From positions 96,001-160,000 of the IMG/VR virus record IMGVR_UViG_3300045747_000527: 64,000 nt of DNA; one strand, 5' to 3'. The notes below the pieces were generated by a model, which was given only the letters and a program-made list of their open reading frames with translations, had not been told where the DNA came from and searched no databases. The position numbers and the translations under genes are program-made. This document shows, in pieces, positions 20,174 to 28,603 of the stretch. The stretch's first letter is position 1. Each line of letters begins with the position of its first letter. Source of the DNA: a virus.

Positions 20174-22117
20174 TCAGACAACGTAACGACTACCAGCTAT
20201 GACAGTACGTGATATGTCGAATGCGCCTGGCGCAGACGTCGCCAACTCAGGATCTCCTGGTGAGCCAAATACAGCCGTCGCGTAATAGACAACCGGGACA
20301 GCAGCAGTTGCGCCGACGAAATAAAGGTCACCGCCCACCACATCTTTATCGGGGTGTACGTGACGCTTGGCCGTGGCCTCCCCGCTGGACGTATCGCCGT
20401 GGTCGGCGATGCCGTCTTCGAGGGGAAGTTCAGTACTGAGAGTTACCCCCGCGGGAATCGACACCACCAACCGGTCTAATGTCTCTAGCGCCTTCTGTAC
20501 GTCAGTATCCGCGCCACTGAGGTTCCTAGAGAAACGCGCAGCAGCTAGACTGACCGAATACCCATCATGTTGATCTGGTGTAAACCTTTCCGCCAAATCT
20601 GGATGCCGCATGGACCCAGGCACAGGGGTATCCAGCGGTGTCTCAATCCTAGACGAGTGTGGACCATCGTTCAGCATCAAATGAGCACTGACGATGTGCG
20701 TACTCGTAGTACTGGCTTCGTTGTAGACGTATAGGCGGTCTGTTGGGGACAGTACAATCTCAGGAGAGTCGAGGGTGACTTCCTTGATATTGTACTCGGT
20801 AGTACGTATAGGAGTTGTCCGCACGTAGAAGAGGGGAGTCCTGGTACCAGACTCGTTCTCTTTCCCGAGGATCACCCGAATAGTTGTGTCCCCGGCTAAG
20901 TCTAGCACCCGACAGAGGAGCCTAAACGTCCACTTACCCGCAGGAATGGAGCCCACTTTCGGAGTACCCAACAAGGTGTCCAGATACGCGACAGCAAAGA
21001 AAGCGGAGTCAGTGCCCGCAACTGGTGTGGCCGCAACTTCGTAAATAGAAGGCGACGCCTGGTAGACCTGAGCCGCAGTAAGAAGACGCCACTGGTCCCC
21101 GACTGGTGTGTACGTGTCCAGCACATCCCAGTCTAGGGGCGTATCCCCAAGAGTAACTGCGCCTGTCGTCGTGTACTGAATGTACTTTCCACCGAACAGA
21201 GTTCCGTTCTGGATGTGGAAGGTCATCCCAGTCAGGAAATCAGACCCCGCAGCGTAGTCAGGATCTCTCCGCAGAATTGCGTTCGTCTCGACCCACATGA
21301 ATGTGTCGAGATACGGCATCCAGTACCCGCCTATGTCCTCAACAATCCACGGACCTGTGTACGCGGACTCCCCACTGCTGAGGCCTCCGACATACGCCAG
21401 TACTCTTTTGCCGAGAAGAGGACTAGCGAGTCCAAGCGCGGGCTCCGGGTCGAACCCGTCAAAATGGGACGCGTCCAACGCACCGGTAAAATTACACCGC
21501 ATTACCCCTGGGGCAACTTCAGTCCACTGTGTCGGGGCATCGAACAGATAAGGGAAACAGCTAGATCCGCCCGTATAGCAGACGAAAATATCGTCCTTAT
21601 TTAGGCGATCCTCTATGAAGGAGTAGAACAGCGTACCCTTCAGCGCCTGGGGGTCTGTGTACGGGTGCTCGTGATCGTCCCAACTTAGTCCTGGGCCCAC
21701 GCCTGGATTACCTGGGCCAAGCGGCCTCGGCATTCTGGAAGAGCCTACAGCGGAGACTCTGACCTTTCGCTCCGCACCTAGTGTCACTATCTGCAGCAGG
21801 ATGTTATTGCCCTGCACAAGCTTCTCGTACAGGGTGCGGAAAAGAGTGTCTCCTGGGGCTGCTTTGATCAGGTGATCGTCCCCGCCGCCACCTGCTCCAT
21901 CCAAGAACGGGGCGATACCTATCGCGACACCCTTCGCTATAGCAGTAGCCAGCTCCTTGGCGATAATCGCAGGCACGATCTCGTGCTCTAGATTGATGCT
22001 AACCGACCCATCCGCGTTCGGCATCACCCGTACAACGTGATTCGCCGGCCCGCTGCCAACAGATTGCTGTTGCAGAGCCTGAACGATATTCTGGGCAATC
22101 TGGTTTGGATCTACCAC
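20174..22117 (-). CDS. Tail fibre-like protein
   Basis: KRVL...GPWIV...LRRDPDY...GMTFHIQNGT...GAVTLGDTPL resembles a common tail-fibre N-terminal module. Confidence 0.65.
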   Translation of the reverse strand: MVDPNQIAQNIVQALQQQSVGSGPANHVVRVMPNADGSVSINLEHEIVPAIIAKELATAIAKGVAIGIAPFLDGAGGGGDDHLIKAAPGDTLFRTLYEKLVQGNNILLQIVTLGAERKVRVSAVGSSRMPRPLGPGNPGVGPGLSWDDHEHPYTDPQALKGTLFYSFIEDRLNKDDIFVCYTGGSSCFPYLFDAPTQWTEVAPGVMRCNFTGALDASHFDGFDPEPALGLASPLLGKRVLAYVGGLSSGESAYTGPWIVEDIGGYWMPYLDTFMWVETNAILRRDPDYAAGSDFLTGMTFHIQNGTLFGGKYIQYTTTGAVTLGDTPLDWDVLDTYTPVGDQWRLLTAAQVYQASPSIYEVAATPVAGTDSAFFAVAYLDTLLGTPKVGSIPAGKWTFRLLCRVLDLAGDTTIRVILGKENESGTRTPLFYVRTTPIRTTEYNIKEVTLDSPEIVLSPTDRLYVYNEASTTSTHIVSAHLMLNDGPHSSRIETPLDTPVPGSMRHPDLAERFTPDQHDGYSVSLAAARFSRNLSGADTDVQKALETLDRLVVSIPAGVTLSTELPLEDGIADHGDTSSGEATAKRHVHPDKDVVGGDLYFVGATAAVPVVYYATAVFGSPGDPELATSAPGAFDISRTVIAGSRYVV

Positions 22118-22120
22118 AGC

Positions 22121-22423
22121 CTATTCTCCCGACTTTTCACCCTCAATTTTATCACTTGGCTCAAGTGGCAGCACTTCCATAATCGCCAGCGACTTTGTGG
22201 TTTGTTCTTCCCGTTCCTCTGGCTCCTTCTTGCGCACCAAACCTCTGAGCGCCGCCCAAACGGCCCGCCATCCTTTTGGTGGTTCCGCACGCACGTGGCA
22301 TCTTGCCTGGCATCGGTAGAGGGCACGGTGCATGAGCATGACCTCCAGCGCGACCGAGTTGTTGACGGCCTCAAGCGCGTCTAGACGCATACGTATTGCG
22401 GCCAATTCTTCTATGTCAGTCAC
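22121..22423 (-). CDS. Hypothetical protein
   Basis: 100 aa, coupled to its neighbours. Confidence 0.55.
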   Translation of the reverse strand: MTDIEELAAIRMRLDALEAVNNSVALEVMLMHRALYRCQARCHVRAEPPKGWRAVWAALRGLVRKKEPEEREEQTTKSLAIMEVLPLEPSDKIEGEKSGE

Positions 22424-22653
22424 TTTACACCTAGAAAATCTGTGATCTCGTTTACTGTGAGAACACTTGAATCAATGACGTTTTGGTTAGTGAGCCTACC
22501 TGCTCCCGTTCTACCCCGTAAGATCGATTCCAGAAAATCGGCCTCCTGGTTCAACCGGTCTGTCTCCGACTTGGCCCAGGAATTTGTCAGGTCCGCCAGC
22601 TTCTGCAGCCGGGCATCTCGCTCTGCTTTGCGCTTTTCAACTTCCGTAGCCAT
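22420..22653 (-). CDS. Hypothetical helical protein
   Basis: 77 aa; GTGA overlap with the next gene. Confidence 0.6.
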   Translation of the reverse strand: MATEVEKRKAERDARLQKLADLTNSWAKSETDRLNQEADFLESILRGRTGAGRLTNQNVIDSSVLTVNEITDFLGVK

Positions 22654-22656
22654 GGG

Positions 22657-23427
22657 TCACCTATAGCGGTCGTACTTGGCTGCGATAGCTGCCTTCACAC
22701 GGGACACCTTGGGGGCGCTCATGCCGAGCTTTCTGGAAATATCACCAGGAGATAGCTTGGGCTTCCCACCAACTCCGTACAGGTGCTCAAACACAGAACA
22801 CTCCTCCGGAGTAAGATCATACGGAAGCAACCGAAGAGTCTCCGCTTGTCTGGACGGCATAAACTCAGAAGGATCGTATGCTGCTCTACCGGAAGGGTCG
22901 GAATCAATGCTGTTGACCTCTCTCTGCATCACCGCCACCTTTTTAGGAGACCACTTCATGTGGTCAGCAATCTCCAACTGGGTGGGAGCACGGCCAAGGT
23001 GATCTTCTAGGTTGGTGTTGGCATCCTTGAACTTCTGGATACTGTAACTGCGTGTCTCAGGGATGTACGCGGCGTTCTGGTACGCCTTGATGAACCGCGG
23101 GGCCTTCTTCATGGCGTAGGTAAGGTACGTCTGCAGACCAGAGCGCGCGGGGTCGTACGTCTCCAGCGCCTTGACCGCATGGTTTAGGAACTCTGCGTGA
23201 ATCGCCGCCGGCGGCACATCTCGCTGAATCGCCCACTGGTTAGACTGCTTCCTGATGAGCGGCCGAAGGGAAGTCAGAAGAGGGCGCAAATGCTGCTGTT
23301 GCATCCCCTCACTCTTCCAAGTGCGCCACATATCGAGCTCCTTCTGCCTCTTGGCAGTGAGCTCATCCGTGGCCTCCTTGGACAGGCCCAGATCGAGTAG
23401 GTCTAGGATTTCCGCTACAGTTTCCAT
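22657..23427 (-). CDS. Sigma-70-like RNA polymerase sigma factor
   Basis: Region 2-like KALETYDPARSGLQTYLTY, region 3 LGRAPTQLEIADHM, region 4 HTH LSPGDISRKLGMSAPKVSRV; start set at METVAE. Confidence 0.8.
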   Translation of the reverse strand: METVAEILDLLDLGLSKEATDELTAKRQKELDMWRTWKSEGMQQQHLRPLLTSLRPLIRKQSNQWAIQRDVPPAAIHAEFLNHAVKALETYDPARSGLQTYLTYAMKKAPRFIKAYQNAAYIPETRSYSIQKFKDANTNLEDHLGRAPTQLEIADHMKWSPKKVAVMQREVNSIDSDPSGRAAYDPSEFMPSRQAETLRLLPYDLTPEECSVFEHLYGVGGKPKLSPGDISRKLGMSAPKVSRVKAAIAAKYDRYR

Positions 23428-23428
23428 G

Positions 23429-23677
23429 CTACGGCGTGGCGGACAATTGGTTGATAGATGGCCCCGGCTTGACCAGCGTCGTCGGCTTGGCCGTGTTTTT
23501 GAACGCACCCACCGATTGGCTGTTCTTCAGTTGGTTGAACGCGTTGCTCTTGCTGTCCTCCGTAGGCTCTGGTGGCCTGGTGACGCCGCCCAAGCCCTTT
23601 GTCCTGAGGTCTACCCCGAGGGCGCCAATCTTCTCCAGCTCGTCCAGGAACGCCGTCACAACCTGCGGGGACATCAC
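23429..23677 (-). CDS. Small protein with AFLDELEKIG motif
   Basis: 82 aa; GTGA overlap with the upstream gene. Confidence 0.65.
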   Translation of the reverse strand: MMSPQVVTAFLDELEKIGALGVDLRTKGLGGVTRPPEPTEDSKSNAFNQLKNSQSVGAFKNTAKPTTLVKPGPSINQLSATP

Positions 23678-23931
23678 GCACCTCCCATGTAGTTGCCAAC
23701 TCCCTCGGTCATCCCTGAGCCTCCCTCGTACTCCGTGAACTTGTCCGGCTGCTTGTACCGCTCCTCAGACACGTCCGGCCTGTCCTGTGTGGGCATGTCT
23801 TTGCGCAGCATGTTATGGACACGAATAGGCCGCCTACCGCCTCGGGTTTGCTGGAAACTCCCGAGTCCGTAGGTCTGAGCAATCTTCTCCAGCTCATCCA
23901 CGAAGGCTGGTACATATTGATCGAATCGCAT
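23674..23931 (-). CDS. Small protein with AFVDELEKIA motif
   Basis: MRFDQYVPAFVDELEKIAQ; GGAG RBS upstream. Confidence 0.65.
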   Translation of the reverse strand: MRFDQYVPAFVDELEKIAQTYGLGSFQQTRGGRRPIRVHNMLRKDMPTQDRPDVSEERYKQPDKFTEYEGGSGMTEGVGNYMGGA

Positions 23932-23949
23932 GGCGTCTCCCATTGTACA

Positions 23950-26900
23950 TCAACCGAGTAGGCCGCGAGAATTGTTGAGTTCGTACACGTACTGCTTGAT
24001 GACCAACCTTCGGTCAGGGCGCACGTCAAGTCGAGCAAGCGTGGCGTGGCCATTTTTCTCAGATAACCCCAGCACCTTGGTTACGCTCTCGTTCACCAGA
24101 CCTATCAAGTCTGCTTGATCGCTGAATGCCCTGCTGTGGAATCCCTCTACTCCTGCGGTAGCTGTGACGTGGCCCGATTTATCCGGGGTAAGCACCAGGT
24201 CTGGAGACCCTAGGATATCCACCATGGTTGCGATTGGCCGCCACGTGTACATTCTGATGAAGTTGCCCACATCCTGCTTTTGCTCTCGAATAGTACTGTA
24301 CACCTTGACCAGTATATCCGTGGACGCCTCGACCGTCTGAGTATCATCCGTAGACATCCTGTTGATTCTGGGTGTGTCCACTTTGGGCCGCGGAGCCGTA
24401 GGCGCGTCTGTGCTAATGCCCATGAGGAGCTCGTACGTGTGGTCGTTAGGATCGTACACGACCTCCCCAGGCTCGGACCCGTCGTCCTCTACCGGACTGG
24501 CGGTAGAGGGCGCCTGCTTCTGAGCGAACTGGTCGTCCTTGACGTCGAAAGCAGATACGTCAACGATAGAGTCTGCCCCGATCAAACCCATGTAGGTGTC
24601 GCCGATGTTCCGGTTGTGCCACCCTTCCCAAATCCAGGGGGGTCGTACCGCGTCCTCAATCGGGATATCTACCGCTGCACGCTTTGCTCTGCGGACGATG
24701 CGTTCTGTGACCTTGAAGGCGTGTGGAGCCTCTTGATTGGTGGGCAGCACCATCGACATCCGGTACATGACGCCGTTGGTCGGGTAGACCAGCTTAGTCT
24801 TGCCGAGATACTGAGCGGTGACCTCCTCAGGGTCCTTGATGATAGTGCCGCCAGAAGGCCCCACGTCTCCCTTCTTCGGCAAATTCTCCAACCGCGTGTA
24901 GATGACGGTTTGCTTGGTGGTGGACCCTAAGATCTTAGAAACGAATACCTTGTCTACTCCCTGGTACTCAGCACTCTCCCGATGAACCCGCGCTTGTGCA
25001 AAAGCGTAGCTAGTCTGACCACCCTGCTGAGAAACATTGTGACTGACCTGGACGCACGTCCCTATGAACTGGGGAGCTACGATACCCTGTAGCCCAGTCA
25101 CGTCCCTCACTCGGCCGGCGACGTACAACTGGTCTGAAGTCAGTGGGCGATCTATTATCAGGGTAGGAAACCCTGCGACTATCCAGGGGTTGAACCTCCC
25201 GGTGCACTGCATGGACCTAGAGGCGAACCGGTGTTTGAAATACTGATGGTTGGCTGCTCGTTGACCGTAGCCTACCTTGAGCTGCTTAACCGCATCCGCT
25301 ACCGCACCAGACTGCATGCCAAACAAGTTCAGTTCAGTCATCTTCTCGTACATTGGGATGATGCCCGTGTAGAGCTCGTGCTCTAAGATCATCTCGCCGA
25401 ACCTACGCTCCTCAAACTTCACCCCGCGGCGCATATCTGGCACATTCGGCGCGTAGTACCGAGAGTTGAAGAGAGCATCGTCACCCAGAATGGCATTGGT
25501 AGACTGCAGCTCCAACCGAGATACTTCCCGCATGAAGTTCCGCGACCACTGAACGCTGTTGTAGAGCTCTGGAAAGATGACATTGCACCTCGGCGGCGGT
25601 GCATACCAAATATCCGGTCGGAAGATCTGATTGTTGACCCGTGCCACCTTAGTACTAGTCTTCGTGCGCGTGTGCCTGAAGCTCTTGCCTAAAATGCCGT
25701 CACACTTCTGTACGATCTTAGCGATGTCTGCACTGCACGCCATGACCTTGTTCGGATCGTGTAGACTTACGTTGTGCTGCGCATGGCCGAACTGAACCTG
25801 AACATCTGCGTGCTTCAGCAACTTTCCTATTGCCTGTACCTGTGCGGCCACTCCGCCGTACTGAGAAGGCACAGGGGTCTTCGCCAAAGCAGCGTAAGCA
25901 TCCTCTAGCGCGTATAGAGTCGCCTGAAACTTAGGTACGGACGCTAGGGTAATTGCCGCATCCTCCGCGTTACTCTGCAAGAACACGGTCAAGGCAGCTT
26001 GTGTGCTGACGGCTGCCTTGCGTACGTCAGAAACGCGTGCCGCAAATACTGCAGAGCTGGCGTCACTCGCCAGGTTAGTGCTGACTGTGATCTCTTTGAC
26101 CTTCGCCTCTTCAGGCACAAACAACGGGGACGGAACTGGGTACACCTCATGGTAGATGAACTTCTCCATCACCTGCACAAGCCCGCGGAAGGTAACCAGC
26201 TTCCCCAGGCCTCCGATAGACCTGTTCATCCAGGCGGTGAATGTCTTCTCAGAGAAGAGTTTTGCCGTGCTGGTGTCTGCCTCCGCCGCACTGATTTGCT
26301 GGAGCATCTTCAGCCGCAGCTCTGCGAGGGAACAGAACGGGTTTGCCCCCTTAAATCCGTCGTTCGTGTAGTAGCAGCCTCCGATAGCCTCCAGTACCCG
26401 GATGATGCCCCCTAAGAGGCCGTCGAGTTTGGGGAAGTTTACCGAACGAGACCTAAGTAGCGCAGAGATCGTACCTTCCCCGTTACCCAACGGTGACGTG
26501 AAAAGGTTGGCGTTCGCCCCGATGAAGGCAGCCTCTCTGCGCCCGCCAAGGATGCTGCCATTGAAGTTGTACTGGTAGGTCGTATCCCAGTAGTTCGAGA
26601 AATCCACGCACGAGAGGATGACCGACCTGCTGCCAGGGTCCTTGCTGAACTGAATCCCCTGCACCTCTCCCATGAAGAGCAACTTGTATTGATCCCAGAG
26701 CGTCTGGTCTGCCGAGACCTTGGGCAGTACATCGAACTGCGGTGGCTTAGTGCGAGTCGGCTTACGCTTCACCTGCGGATTCTCGTGGACTGTGCTGCTG
26801 ACAATGCTCGCACTCGGCATGTGCGTCTTCTTGTCGTGATTGATCGGGCTGGTGGCATCCACGAAGTCGTAGAAAAACAGGTGGACCAAGGTCCTGGGCA

Positions 26901-27045
26901 AGATGTCAAAGATGCCGTTGGTGGCGATAACCTGGATGGCAGCCGTAGCCGGACTATTGGGCGCAACGCTCACGGAGGCTCCTATGCAAGGAACCTCGAT
27001 TCCCTCTAGAAACAGACGGATGCTGAGTTTGTGCCCTATCGCCAT
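23950..27045 (-). CDS. Baseplate hub-like tail protein
   Basis: LFMGEVQGIQFSKDPGSRSVILSCVD and RSMQCTGRFNPWIVAGFP resemble gpD/gp27-type hubs; position near the tape measure. Confidence 0.6.
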   Translation of the reverse strand: MAIGHKLSIRLFLEGIEVPCIGASVSVAPNSPATAAIQVIATNGIFDILPRTLVHLFFYDFVDATSPINHDKKTHMPSASIVSSTVHENPQVKRKPTRTKPPQFDVLPKVSADQTLWDQYKLLFMGEVQGIQFSKDPGSRSVILSCVDFSNYWDTTYQYNFNGSILGGRREAAFIGANANLFTSPLGNGEGTISALLRSRSVNFPKLDGLLGGIIRVLEAIGGCYYTNDGFKGANPFCSLAELRLKMLQQISAAEADTSTAKLFSEKTFTAWMNRSIGGLGKLVTFRGLVQVMEKFIYHEVYPVPSPLFVPEEAKVKEITVSTNLASDASSAVFAARVSDVRKAAVSTQAALTVFLQSNAEDAAITLASVPKFQATLYALEDAYAALAKTPVPSQYGGVAAQVQAIGKLLKHADVQVQFGHAQHNVSLHDPNKVMACSADIAKIVQKCDGILGKSFRHTRTKTSTKVARVNNQIFRPDIWYAPPPRCNVIFPELYNSVQWSRNFMREVSRLELQSTNAILGDDALFNSRYYAPNVPDMRRGVKFEERRFGEMILEHELYTGIIPMYEKMTELNLFGMQSGAVADAVKQLKVGYGQRAANHQYFKHRFASRSMQCTGRFNPWIVAGFPTLIIDRPLTSDQLYVAGRVRDVTGLQGIVAPQFIGTCVQVSHNVSQQGGQTSYAFAQARVHRESAEYQGVDKVFVSKILGSTTKQTVIYTRLENLPKKGDVGPSGGTIIKDPEEVTAQYLGKTKLVYPTNGVMYRMSMVLPTNQEAPHAFKVTERIVRRAKRAAVDIPIEDAVRPPWIWEGWHNRNIGDTYMGLIGADSIVDVSAFDVKDDQFAQKQAPSTASPVEDDGSEPGEVVYDPNDHTYELLMGISTDAPTAPRPKVDTPRINRMSTDDTQTVEASTDILVKVYSTIREQKQDVGNFIRMYTWRPIATMVDILGSPDLVLTPDKSGHVTATAGVEGFHSRAFSDQADLIGLVNESVTKVLGLSEKNGHATLARLDVRPDRRLVIKQYVYELNNSRGLLG

Positions 27046-28370
27046 CAGATCACACGTGCGATGCGGTTGGACCCTTTGATGTCACCAATGACGGACTGAG
27101 TGGATTGTCCCGGAGGTGTTCCAGCTACCTGAAAGCGGTGCTGCTGACTCATGGGGCTCACCCCGTCGTTGGGATCATCCAGCTGCGTAGATGATATCTG
27201 AAGCAGCTGCATGGACGCCATAAACGCGCTCTCAATCTGGTACGCGGTCTGTAGTGCCTTGATGCGCGCGTCTCCCGCCACCTGTGCTGCTCGGTCGTAC
27301 GCCACCGCAGCGTAAGAGCCGTTCACGTACTCATCTCGGTTGTCCGTGATCTTAGACCGCGCAGGAGTGGTCCTCTGCGGATTCGCAAGAGGCACGCGGA
27401 AATATCTAGCCAGTACGTTGAGGAAGGTGGCGCTCTGGGCGACTATGCCAGCCTTGATCAGGTCAAGCGCCATATTCTTCGCCAAAGTCCCATGTACGTT
27501 ATCTTGCTGCGTGCGCCCCAGCAGCGCGTTGAACCCTGCGGCAGTCCCCACCAACCCCGCACCTGCTAGCGCATACTGTGCATTCTTCAGACTGGACTGA
27601 GTCAGCGACGTTTGAAGCTGGATATCCTTGGTCTTGCCCGCAGTGCTCTGCACGGTTAGAGAGTCTGTAGAGGGTGACATCGCAGTGACCCCGTCGTGTG
27701 TAGGAAACATGGGGTCTCCCAGGTACGGCGACAGGTACGCGTGGTTGGTGACGAAGAGCTGGAAGGAGAATGGAATGTGGTATGGCATCTCCGCGTTGTC
27801 ATCGGCATCCGCACCGATCATATACCCCTCGACCATCATGTCGTCCCAGCCCAGGTACACGCGTGCGTTCTGCTCAACCAGTTTGGTCCCGCGGAGGTTG
27901 TTCTCGTAGTTGTACCAGAACTCCGTACGCCAATTGAAGTCGAGCGTGTTGAAGAGAACCCCCTGGACGGTGAGTATCCGTGGCCGCTCTCCGAAGAAGA
28001 AGATGTAGGTATCCCCGAAGGTCTCCATGAGCTGGAACTTTTCCTGCCTAGAGTCCTTGATCGACTGGATGATGAAGTTTGAGCTGATGGGGGTAGAGGC
28101 CATCACCCGGCGGCCGGCGCGAGAAGGGATTGCCTCCCCCGTGGGGGTGCCGTCATCCTCGCCACCGAGCGGAGAAATCGGGCCTCCAGCGTCCACCAGG
28201 GGGATGATGGTTCCGTCCGCCGCGATGATTCGAAGGGTGGCGTAGGTATCATCCTTAATCTCAAAGCCTCGGAAGGGTCGGCGGACCAAGCCGCGGGGGC
28301 TATAGGTCTTATCCGAACTGCTGAGGTTCGTTGCGAAGGAATCCGTCCGTGTTTCAATCACTACGCCCAT
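27045..28370 (-). CDS. Tail tube initiator/baseplate-like protein
   Basis: QEKFQLMETFGDTYIFFFGERPRILTVQGVL...IPFSFQLFV, in the tail module. Confidence 0.55.
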   Translation of the reverse strand: MGVVIETRTDSFATNLSSSDKTYSPRGLVRRPFRGFEIKDDTYATLRIIAADGTIIPLVDAGGPISPLGGEDDGTPTGEAIPSRAGRRVMASTPISSNFIIQSIKDSRQEKFQLMETFGDTYIFFFGERPRILTVQGVLFNTLDFNWRTEFWYNYENNLRGTKLVEQNARVYLGWDDMMVEGYMIGADADDNAEMPYHIPFSFQLFVTNHAYLSPYLGDPMFPTHDGVTAMSPSTDSLTVQSTAGKTKDIQLQTSLTQSSLKNAQYALAGAGLVGTAAGFNALLGRTQQDNVHGTLAKNMALDLIKAGIVAQSATFLNVLARYFRVPLANPQRTTPARSKITDNRDEYVNGSYAAVAYDRAAQVAGDARIKALQTAYQIESAFMASMQLLQISSTQLDDPNDGVSPMSQQHRFQVAGTPPGQSTQSVIGDIKGSNRIARVI

Positions 28371-28378
28371 TGTTACTC

Positions 28379-28594
28379 CTACGTAGCTACGTTAGTCCGG
28401 ATCATAAGGTCTTTGACATTCCGGCTGACTCGAACGATGTCCAGGGTCTCAGATGCGCGCAAAGCAAGTAGCTTCGCCCTGCTGCGGTTCACTATCACGT
28501 CGTCCGGGGAGATCTTATCTCGCACGATGAACGTGACCTGCCGGTTGTTCTGTAATGTGTAGCTGAGCGCGACTTCTATTCTGTTCGTTGCCAT
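28379..28594 (-). CDS. Hypothetical protein
   Basis: MATNRIEV..., between tail genes. Confidence 0.55.
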   Translation of the reverse strand: MATNRIEVALSYTLQNNRQVTFIVRDKISPDDVIVNRSRAKLLALRASETLDIVRVSRNVKDLMIRTNVAT

Positions 28595-28603
28595 TGGCCG
28601 CAC

